Shown here: piece by piece, positions 23,330 through 39,082 of the stretch
How positions within the stretch are numbered: the first letter of the stretch is position 1
Layout: every line of letters begins with the position of its first letter
Assembly: GCA_000708835.1 (NCBI GenBank)
Contig: DF236995.1
Span: forward strand, 124,001-188,000
DNA: 64,000 bases
From: Klebsormidium nitens
Lineage: Eukaryota; Plantae; Klebsormidiophyceae
Direction of reading: 5' to 3'
The notes under the pieces: model-generated
Told to the model about the DNA's origin: nothing
Database searches by the model: none
What the model saw: only the letters and a program-made list of their open reading frames with translations
Translations under genes and position numbers: made by a program

Positions 23330-25649
23330 CGGCCACATGACGCAAATATTGATGTCCGTGGACGGATATTGAATAATTGGATATTAATGGGTTATGTAAA
23401 CTGGTGTCTCGGACATTTTTATCTTGAGGGGCCTGCATATGTGCGATCGGAATCATCGGATGTCTCGATCCTGAGGGCGGTATCCATGGACCATGAATCA
23501 TGATCCATCAGAATGATGTCACGCAGTGACTCCGACTTTGTCGTTCAACGTTGTCTGCGCCGTGGGATGGTAGTCCTATATCTAACGCGCGTCGCAGGCC
23601 GTTCGATGCGGTCGACTTGGCTTCGCTCAGAGCTCTTGCGGACGGCTTTTAACCGACGAACGTACTCGAAGAGCCGTAGCTAGTACTGTATTCGTACTTA
23701 ATAGTACGGTAGTGAGCTCGTTGCTCGTGGTCACGAGCATCAGAGATCGTGCATGCTGTCTGATGGTCCGGTCTCTCTTCGTTACGCCCACTGGCCAAAA
23801 AGGCCTGCATAGGCTTCTCATACATGTCATGGATATGTGGTGTGTCCCTGAGGTGTCACCGTTTGTGTGATTCCGTCTTCACTTGCTCGCCGGCCTACGC
23901 TCCCACCTATGCTCCCACCTACTGCCGCCAAACGTTCGATGAGGGGAGCCCATCCCGTCAAGGTGATTAGGAGCATACAGATGGCACGTCTACGATCCGC
24001 ATTGCGCAACAACGTACCATGCGCACTTGGTATAGGCATAAATGATAAATGATAAATATTTATGTCGTGGCGTCCGTGGCGGCTCGCGATCATTCAAACT
24101 TGCATTTGTCCTCGCGCGCTGCCGCCAATGGCCGCCCGACCGAACGCGGCAACCGGCCAGGCATTGTGATCTGTCTGATATAGCCGCGCAGCATGTAGGA
24201 TTGATTGATTGGCAATCAGTCACACCGGGCTGTTCCCAAGCCTGCTAGTGCCCAACGATCCCGGGCCCCAGGGCGGCTGGCTGGCTCATGAAGAGGGTCC
24301 GACCGGCCGGTCGGATTGAGGTGGCCGCGGCCGCCATATGGCGGACGGTACATCCATCCGATCATCATCCCTGACTCAAGGATGATCAGTGAACCATTAA
24401 AAAGCGTAATCGACCTAAATACTCGCTCAGTATAGGAGGTCCAACGATTGGCAGTGATCAAATTGCTGATTGTGCAGTACGGGCCGCCATAGATATAGCA
24501 CGATGCAAAGCGGCCTGGCTCGACCCAAACCTTCTGCGCCTGGCAACCTTCACTTTTCAACTCAATGACTATAGCAGGAGATCCATGCGCGCCATGATGT
24601 ACGCAAAATGTGCCTTAGAAGACCGTCAAAAGTCGGGACCAATTGTGGTGCCAAAGTAGGTCTCAGCCATGCTCGGTACTACCGAGAAAACACATTGTCC
24701 TTGGATGTCATTCGAGCGCTTTCGGTTTACCTCGTAATCCCTCAGTCGGCCTTTCACCTTAACTGAAGCGTGCGTACTCTATCCGTTGAAACATCCCACT
24801 TGAACTATGAACCGTAAGCTCAGCGAACAGTACTTGGGACTTGTGGGGTTGGGAAGGTTGAGTGGGTACGGTTGCGGAGGGTGTATCGTTTCGTTTATGA
24901 TATCAGTCAAGTGCAAAAAGCTTGATGTTCGCTGGGCATCTATTCATTGCGTCCGAAGTTCTGGTCGAACCCGATCAAGAATTCTAGTCGAACAAGATCA
25001 AGAAGTGTGGTCGCACCGATATCATGTGATAGGCTCTCCGCACCGAAGGGGAAGCAGCCGCGGCGTGATCCGGCCGTCCAGCGCAAGCGCCAGAAGGTCC
25101 CATTCTTCAACGTACAGCAAAGTACTTAACGTCGTCTGAAACAAGAGCACCACAGACGATGTCAGAAGCGACGTCATCTTGCTCCTCTTCCTTTGCGGGG
25201 AGAGCAGCTGGTACTGTCACAACCTGCTTTGCAAAGCCTGTCGGCTTTCTGCGAAGCTCAGACGACTCAACATGAGAGACTTTCTCATAGTCAAGAAGCT
25301 TTGACGATTCTTGTCTGCAAGGAATCTGCTCTTCGAGCACTGTGTATAAGCGCTGGGCTTTTGGACCATCTCAAAAACTCGATGGGTCTTCCTTGAGCAT
25401 ATCAGGAACGGGTTACAAACTGACAGGACTGAAAGACGGTAGGTTTCAATATGATCAAGAAATACGGACAAGCGACGCATCCCTTGGACAGGCGACGAAC
25501 AACTTCACGAGGGGAAACGATATATTCTTCCGCAAAGGAGGTCAAAGCAAACTCCCAAAGGACGGGAGAAAACAGAATGGGAGTGAGTGGCGCACGCACC
25601 TGAGTGCCGCACAGCTCCTTGTCTAGCTCCTCCGCAGCCTCCCGAAGCA

Positions 25650-26230
25650 CTGATGCCATGTTTCCCGACTCGTTACCAACGCCCTGCACGCCCGAGACCT
25701 TGCGTTAGTTTCTTTTACGGTTGATGCCACAACCGCCCGAAGGGAAGAACGGGTGCCGCGTTTACCGACACCTGAATAACGCCCCTGCACGCACGGGGCC
25801 TTGGGTTTATTCGTTCAAGGTTTAAGCCGAAACGGCTGCGAAGGGAAGCATCGCTGCCGTGTTTCCCACTCCTGACCAACGCCCTGCTCACACGGGACCC
25901 TGGGTTAGTTTGTGTTTGGGTCTGACCCAAATTCGTCACAAACAAAAGCACCGCTGCCGTGTTTCCCGACTTCTGCCCAACGCTCTGCAATTGTTCCCAG
26001 TTTGTTTCAAGGGTTAAGCCAAACCCGCCGTTACGAGAAGAACCACAGCCGCGTCTAACGACTCCTGAACGTCGCCTTGCACGCCCGAAAGCTTTGACTA
26101 TTTTACTGTGCGGTTGACGTCAAACCCCAGCATGCAGGTATGAATCGCTGTCGTGTTTCCGGACCCGTGAAAAACGCCCTACACGCCCGGGACCTTGGGC
26201 CGGTTTGTTCTGCGGGTTAACCTAACCACA
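25650..26230 (-). repeat. Degenerate tandem array, about 6 units of about 100 bp, possibly a decayed repeat-protein (ankyrin-like) coding sequence
   Basis: CCTGCAC-like cores at about 25683, 25784, 25884, 25983, 26075 and 26177. The minus strand repeatedly gives SGNMASVL / GNTAAML / SGNTAAVL / SGNTTAIH, with stops and frameshifts. Confidence 0.7.
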
Positions 26231-28977
26231 GTTCATCAGATAATCCAGGGACCATGAGAACGGCGTCTACGATTCAGGAGATCCAGTCAGAACGAGTTGG
26301 GGTAAGCCGGCGACAAGGCTCGCAGGAGAGTCCTGTGAGCAAAGTCTTGAGTTGAGCACTAGTCGCACAAACAGATAATATGCAGCTTCATAAGTAGTCA
26401 GGCAGTCGAAAACGTATCGAGGACGAGAAGAATTGCTGGAGCCGGCGAGAAGGCCAGACTCGCAGGCAGACGCCGAGACTGCTTTTCAGAAGCTTTCTGT
26501 ACCTTATTCTTTTGACAGCGGGTATAGACAATCTCACAGTAAGAACGACGCAACAACGAACGAAGCTTGCCACGGAGAGAACCCTGTGATCATACGACCC
26601 AGGACATCTCAACCCCTGAATAGCTGATTGCTGGGTATCGAAACCCAAACCATAAAGCCCGGCCTCGCGCACAATACTCAGCAATTTCAAAGACATCATG
26701 CCGCGGGTCGTCGGCTGTGGACGTGAACAAGCTACCAGGCAAAAGAAAGAAGACAGGCAGCAAATGCTTCAGTCTAGATGGAGTTTGCTTACCTTTCTGC
26801 TATCCGGGCCTTTCAGGATTCGCGCAAACGAGGTGTGCAGCATTACCGGATCATACTGCGTAGCAAAAAGCAGCGTCCGTTCAGCGCATACACCGGCGCG
26901 CACAACAATCTTTTCTTGTAAGCTCGACTTGAAGCGGCAGATGCTTGCGAAACAAACAAGAAGACGAGGCCGAAAGTGACGTCGGGAGTTGCGATGACTC
27001 GGCAGTTGTGCTTGACGTCGTTGACACCTCTATTTGCAAAAGTTGGAACTAGTGGGGGAACTAAATAATCATTGGGATTTCGAGCGAGCGGTCGAGGACT
27101 CCTACTACCAAGTCAGCAATAATCAACACTCTCAAGCGCTCCCAACGGACGTACTTTTAATCCACTCCAATACGAGGGTACAGTCTACCTTCTTGACTTG
27201 GTCGTTTGCTTCGCGCAATCATCCTCCTTGATCTGCCAAAAGTCCGAAAACTCCCAACGTTGATTCACTCGTAATCATCCTGGCCTGCGTTTGATCTCAA
27301 ATCATTCTTCACGACAACTTACTGACCTGCTGTCTGTCCCCACCACCGAGACCTGACGCAGTACCTACCAGCTAGGCTTCCGGTACTCACCAGCTGAGTT
27401 TCTGGGGACCGAGGAAGATTTTTCCGCAGCTGTTGCCGCAGGTCGAAAGGTTCCGTTCCCGACAGAAGCTGCACGGAACCGGAAAAGCGGACGTCAGGCA
27501 AACTCCTGCTTCCAGAATTTCGGGCAGATAAGTGAAGAGTGCTCTTTCGCTTTATGTGCAAGTAACGGAATGGAGGTCAAATGGCGCTTTGGGCGACAAT
27601 TGTATGAACGTCTCCTGCTGCTCGGTCGCTCACAACTTATCTCTCAATGAATTGCAAGCAGAGACGGACGCCACAGCAGGCCAGTCGTTGTGAAGCCCCA
27701 GTCCAACCATTTGGGCTTTGCAAAGTATCTCGTCTGGTTCAGCTGCTAAAAGGTGACTATCTTTGCATGAATGCAAAACCGAACAGTTTTGCAGAACGGA
27801 AAACTGCAATTAGCAGTCTGCCTTTGAATGTACTGATTGTAGCGCCCTTCTTTTCAATTCGCTAAGCTTCCTTTTGCGTTCTTTGCAAATCGCAACAATC
27901 TCAAGGTACGTACACTTGTCAGGCTCCGATAGATGCAGAGCCCCTTTCAAGAACAACTCGGTTTCCGAGACGAGAGAACAGCCTCTTTGGAGGGTCTACT
28001 TTATAGAAGAGGGCACTCGCAACTGGAAGACATAAAATTACCTGCCAAAGCCCCAGCACCACCCCCGTTGACGTCAGCACGACGCGATCCAACGACACCC
28101 GCAGCGGGCAAGCTTTGTGCGTCACTTGCGTGACTCCCACGATCTCTAGGCCAACCTGCAAGCGGCACGTGTCAACAGGTGAGAACTTCCCGAAATAAAA
28201 AGAGCCGCTGCCATTAAGCAGAATAATCTGCACGTGTATCAAGGGTCATCGTCGTTCGTTTCATGATCTGGAACCGAGACGAGAAGAAGACATTCCAGCA
28301 GTCGTATGAGCCATGATTTGGAACCGCGACTGCGAGACGAGGAGAAGAGGTTTTCAGCAGTGTCCGCAGAAAGGGACTGGTCCGCTTTAACTTTGTACGA
28401 CACGGTGGCAGGTCTCTGTAGCAGATGCTTGACCAGATTTACCAGAAAGTCCTCCCAGTAACGGACAAAATGGTCCAGAACAGGAATGGCAACGTTGGTT
28501 TGGCGTTCAAATAGCAGCCTGCGGGATGGATTTATTCCAGATCCGAATCGAGTGACACAAACAAAATGTGACGAAAGAAGATGATGCGAGGGTCCAGCAC
28601 AGTACCTGCGAACAACGTTTCGAACATTCTTCATTGAGACGAAAGTCTCCCATAGAAAACTCAGCATACGCCGCCAAGGCCCTTTACCACTGTCGCTTCA
28701 GTTGATCGTAAATCATCCGGTCAATGACGACGCCCTCAGAACAGCATCCGAGGCTTTCCGCGACGAAGCTGCTAAAATACGGCCAACTCGAAAAGCAGGT
28801 ACACAGCGTTACGAGAAGGGCGCCTGCAGCTTTACCAGCGCCCTTTACATAACCCGCGCCTAAACCTGCCAGAGCCTGAATACACGTTTTGCCCTCCGTC
28901 TTTCCGTGAATTTCAAATCTTAATCCTCGTCTAACGTCCAGCTGCGTCTCATCCTCCGTCCTGTTTTTGGTCGACCT

Positions 28978-29280
28978 CTCAACCTGGATCGCAACCTGGG
29001 TCTTAACCTTGGCCGTTTCAAGACGTAGTTTTGAATCTGGACAAAAGGCCCACATCACGGGGCGAGGCCGGGATAAGGTCTAGATGATGCGACGCCTGCT
29101 AGAGGGCTCAACGTGCGGCTTAACCTACGTCTCAACCTGCCTCCTAACCTGCCTATTGAACTGCCTCTTAACCTTGGGCACTTTGAAACGCGGTTTTTGA
29201 TCCTGGGAAACAAGGCCCACCTCACGGGGCGAGGCCGGGACAGGGTCTAGGTGATGCGACGCATGCCAGAGGCTCATGTG
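28978..29280. repeat. Diverged tandem duplication, period about 167 bp
   Basis: AAGGCCCAC(A/C)TCACGGGGCGAGGCCGGGA...GATGCGACGC occurs at 29045 and 29212. Both copies are preceded by CTTAACCTTGG. Confidence 0.8.
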
Positions 29281-31593
29281 GTACATGTCGGGGTCCTGGT
29301 ACCATACCGCTGCACAGAAAAGGAACCAAACTTTCACTAATCAGCAGGGCATCGGTTCTAACGTTAGGATCCTCGGTTTAGAAGATTGAACTCGTTCGCC
29401 GAGTCCGTCGGTTCGTCAGTGCAGCTTGCCGCTGACGCCCCGCCACAAAAGATGAATAAGCCTCTTATATGCTTGAAAACAAGGTCCGCACAGAGAAGAT
29501 ACTGACTACTAGGACGCTGTTCAAATGTCACGCGCAACCTCGAGAAGATCGAGAGGGCACCTCTTGCCTATCTGCCAATTTCCAAAAATGGTCGGCCCAA
29601 GAACCATGTATGAAATACGCTTCAATTCGAAGAAGGCTTCGCCTAAAAACCGCACTCTCAGCAGAAGAGCTCTCTATGAGTTTCCCTTTTTTGATCTGAG
29701 GTCCAAACGCACCATGCAAATACATCAATTGGATAACGGTCTCTTTGTGAAGTCCCCCTGTCACCCAATTGGAAACACAGGCCCTTGTTGCCCCGCAAAA
29801 AAACCAACGGCAGTAAGAAAAACGAGGGTCCCTAGCTTTGAGCGACGGGATTTTTACCTGTATCACCAAAGCCGTACCGAGAGAGTATTCGCTTTACGGT
29901 CTGGCTGGACAAAGGGAGGCCGAGCAGTCAGCGTGGAAAAGGTCGTACTTTTGTAGACGCATCTTATAAAATCTTTCCATGCGACGAGCCCACTCGTCGA
30001 CGAATGATTCAAGAGTTTGAGGGTTTGAGCAATAAAGACGGCGTTTGACCTGCGCAGTCTACAGGACACTTCGACGCATGCCAGGGACTAACTCCCTCCA
30101 AACGCTGAACACCCCATGAAAAACGTCCATGAGTGCAGATTTGAAAGTCAAAGTGAAAGAAATAAGACAAGTACTGCGTAGAACATCATGTTAAGTGGGC
30201 TACGAACAGAAGGGCGCAAACCCTGATTCCCTCCACAAAATTGCATGCAGAAGTAACTAGCAACGACAACGTCAGGTCTGCAAAAGATGATGACGTTGCG
30301 CAATATACTCACTACATCTGGTGCGCCTCCTTTCGATCCACGTGCAGCACGTTCGCCCTGACCGCCACTTTTTGCTCCTGCAGGATCGTGATTTTTCTTG
30401 TCACTCACTATCTTTTCCATCTTTGGTACAAGACCCTACTCCTCTCACGTCATCCTATTCGATCCTGATCGCTTCATTACAAGAGGCAGAGACACTATGC
30501 CAAAGCGGTGTATCGTCGTGCAACATGTTAACGCCAAAGCAGAATCGCAGGGCTCCAAACTAAAACGTCTGTGCTTGACCGACTAGGAGGACTCAGTTTA
30601 AGACCTTCTGACAGTTTGTTGCAGAGCAGACCTGGTTGGTGAACCAAGAGCCAAAGAGGAACCATCTTGAAATCAACTTAGTTGGAAGAGCAGCAGCGCG
30701 TTTTGTTTAGGCCCTACTCGCGACAGATGGACCGAAAATTCGATGTGAAGTGTGATTCTCACCTTCAAGATCGGAACTAGCTTGCCATCTTTTTCTTCAA
30801 ACAGGTCAGAAACCTGTCAGGAAGGGGAGAAGAAATAAGACTCAACTTCATATACATTTCCACAAAGCGTTGAGGCTCAAATCAACCTGACTGGAAAACT
30901 TCATGTCGGGACTAAGCACACCACTCAGAAAGTAGAGAACCTGCATGAAGGGGAGTATGTGCGCCATAGTAAAGCTCTTTCTAGCCGGATCAAACAGCTA
31001 CAATAATTTTCATCATGAGGTGGCGAATTTTGTCACTATCTCTTGGCACTTAGCAAATGTGAGTCAGTGCATACATGGTTTTGCTCACCTTCAGTGACTG
31101 GGATGTTTTCCCACTTGACAAAAACGAGTACTCTTGCGGGCCTGAGAGGGAATCGTACAGAACTGTCCGGTTGTGGAAGTACTCACTCCCAACAGCTGCA
31201 AGAAAGGACATCTGATTTGGAACCCTTTGCTTGCATACGCTGTTTCAACTGTGACATCAGAGCTGGGGCTCCCAGTGGCCCGTACATGGCTTTCCTTGGT
31301 GGTGTTGGATTTGTTCAGAATTCATTTCAGAGACTGTCGAACCCAAGCGTGGAAATGGAAGCCTGAATCTGTTCTCCATGTGCCCTTGACAGGGGAACAG
31401 AAAGAGCAGAAGAGCTGTCACACTAACTGGCTGTGATCACCGGGCTGGCTTGAGATCTGCGTGGTTGTAATCAGCAAAGAGGGTGGTAGAGGTTGAATAC
31501 TACCACCACCAAGCATTCCTCTGAATCGACAGCCCCAGGATTGCTGTGCAACAGTCTGCCTTTGAACATCCCACACAGCATAGTCAAGTGACC

Positions 31594-31902
31594 TCAGAAG
31601 TGGCATTTTTTCCCTACAAACAAAGACAAAACTTTCGGGTCTAGATCCTGATAAACCGTGAACGAATCAAAAATCAGTTTCTTGCCTGGTCCTTGGTGGT
31701 GCCCTCCGCAGCTCCGGGGGGCAACTGCACTCACACTGTTTGCCCCCCCTCCCAACCAAGCTGGCGCCATATCAAACTGTAGCAAAAGGGCATAGATTGC
31801 TAAAAGCGCCCCCGCCCCAAGCGCCGCCAATCTGGCCTTCCGGTGTCGCTCCGTCTTTCTTCCGGGTGTTGCTGGGTTGGTGAGAAAAGCGAGCGGCGAC
31901 AT
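31594..31902 (-). CDS. First exon of a type II membrane protein of unknown function (downstream exons unresolved)
   Basis: MSPLAFLTNPATPGRKTERHRKARLAALGAGALLAIYALLLQF has a basic tail followed by a single hydrophobic helix, a typical Golgi anchor. It is divergent from RUVBL2. Confidence 0.45.
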   Translation of the reverse strand: MSPLAFLTNPATPGRKTERHRKARLAALGAGALLAIYALLLQFDMAPAWLGGGANSVSAVAPRSCGGHHQGPGKKLIFDSFTVYQDLDPKVLSLFVGKKCHF

Positions 31903-32736
31903 GGCGGGGGGGCGGTGGTTGCCCTTCACATGCCGGGGTGGGACGTCTCCCTGACCTGTCGGCATTTGACTAAAACAAGCAGGGAAGGGCGCCAGTCTCT
32001 AATGCTGATTGAGTAAAGAGAAGGGGGCAAGTTTGCAAACCGACTAAGCTCTGCTGGACTTTCTTCTGCTGGCTTGGTCAATGGGTTCCCACATTGCTGT
32101 CTACCGCTTCGTCAGGAAAAGTAAGATGCCAGGACTCCAATTTAGGCAACTTCAAGAGGCATCAGGCAGGTCTTGAGGACAATGATCGTCCCACAACTTC
32201 AAGTAATCCAAGCGTACGCTCCAAACGAAACAGCTTGTGCGAAGATGAAGATTGACATTGTTGACAGGTGTGCACAATTGGCTGCTGCTCCTTCCAACAG
32301 GCTTCCTCAGAATCATTCCAAGCTCACGAGAGGCTGATGTTCTGCGCCCGAGTTGCTTCAACTTGCTTGGGTATTAGCAACTTTCGGCTCATTGATTAGT
32401 CGTTGGTCTTTTACATGCTGTAAGCATATACGTTTTAACTTCAGAGTTTTGCTGATCAAAGTGACTGCTCGTCAAAGTGAGTGCTGGTCCTTCAATAAGT
32501 TCGCACCGCCTCTAGTTTCTACCCCGGCACCAGTGGTCCAGTTCTGCAGGTTTCAGCACTCTGAGTCAGAGTCAGACCGCAGTGGCAGCTCAGGAAAGCT
32601 AGGAGTCGAACACTGGACAGGGCGCAGTTGAGCTGGTATGGTTGGCTTGCATTCACTTGCATTTGCTTTCTTTACAAGAACTTACGTCTCTAAGGGTCTT
32701 GCATCGATCGTATAGCTCTGCGTGACCTCTTTCTAG

Positions 32737-37490
<4,754 letters not shown>

Positions 37491-39082
37491 GCAACTAAAA
37501 GTCACCCTTTTACATGATAGCAAAAGAACGTGGGAAAACATGCCGGCAATTTGGGGTGGTTCTAGCACGTTTGGAGACACTCCCACTCGTCTCCTGATCA
37601 CAAGCTCCTATGCTATGCATGATGCAAAACATCAACCTTAATCCCGTTCGAGACTTCCAACGCTTTGCTAGCATGATTGTGGCAATGGCATTTTGAAAAG
37701 AGAACATTTTCTTGGTTGAATAGTCTCTTTCCGACTTCATTCATAAACACTCGCAGGACGCCTTTAGCCCCTACTAAGAGGCCGTACAGATCTTCACATC
37801 TCATGATGCAATGTTCGGTCTTCAGGAGTGATGTTCTTCAATGATCGATGGTCTCTTTTCGTACTCGCCGTAGCCAAGTAGGCCATGGGTTTCTCATGGC
37901 ATACATGTATGGACTGTGTGTGTCTGATTTGCATGGAGTTCGATCGAATGCTCTCAATGCCTGCTACTGCGGTATAAGAGCCAGTGTCTTTATTTACTAG
38001 GCCGGTATCGACTGACCGACATAACCCAAAGGGTTAAGGCAGAACTGCTTTGTACGCAGGGTACCGGTAACTCGAGCAATGTGACTAACCGCACATATAA
38101 CTGGCATAACTTGTACGGAAGAATGAACTGAAAGTCAGGGAAACGGACGGCTCCGGGCTGACTATCCTCGGATGATGACGATTGTGCAATGTGGCGGGAC
38201 CTCCCAAAAACGCGGCCGTTGACTGCATGATTGAGTTGGACCGTGGACGGTACGTCCAGCGGCTGAGCTGGTATGTACCGGGCAGTGCCAGTGACCGGCT
38301 CCTGAGCGATTACGACTCGCGAACGGCGCGCGAAACCTGTATAAAGTAACGCCTGGTCCAAACTCAGGATGGTTTAGGGTTTCCCTCTGGTTATCAGGGT
38401 CAAACCTTTGTTATGGTCAAAGGTGTTACTGTCGCGATTGCCTGCGTAATGTTGCCGTTCCGATACCTGGTAACGACTCAGGAGTCTCCTGCTGGCGGTG
38501 GTAACGACTGGGTTGCGTACTTTTCGCTTGATCGCCGCGGCCCTTGCGCGGGGCAGATCTCCCGGGCATTAATTGTATATTTGCTGGCGACTCTGCTGCT
38601 TTTTCCGAGCACAAGGGCCAGAGCTAAAGGTGCCCACCAGAAGGCTTAAAAGCTCGCTCTTCTTGGTCCCGGGATACATCTCCCGGTTCTGGGACTGCTC
38701 AATCATGATCATCGGACCCATTCCATCATGATCACATGAATGCATCGTGAGTCGTGACCTGTCACCTCTTCCCGCATTCGAATCTGGATTCTGGGGTCCC
38801 CCGCGCAAGGGGGATTTCAAATGTGATCCACAGCAGAAGAGTGACCGCCATTTCCATCTTCAGCCTTCAGGAGCAGGATAGGAACTTCACAATGGCAGCA
38901 CGACTGTTGTCAAGAGGAGCCGGCTCACCTAGAAGCTGATCTCGTTGACAGTCTGATCGAAGAGCCTGTCCCGTTGCTGAGAATCCTCTGAGCGGACGCA
39001 TTGTTCATTGATGGTTGTCCAGGAGTCGTAACCGTTGTCTTATCAGAGAGGATCCAGTCGCTTGCGGGTGCAATCAGTCAGC

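Noticed and set aside
24807-25340. Possible retroelement integrase fragment
   Set aside because: There is only a vague resemblance in a stop-riddled frame, with no DDE, RT or zinc-knuckle motifs.
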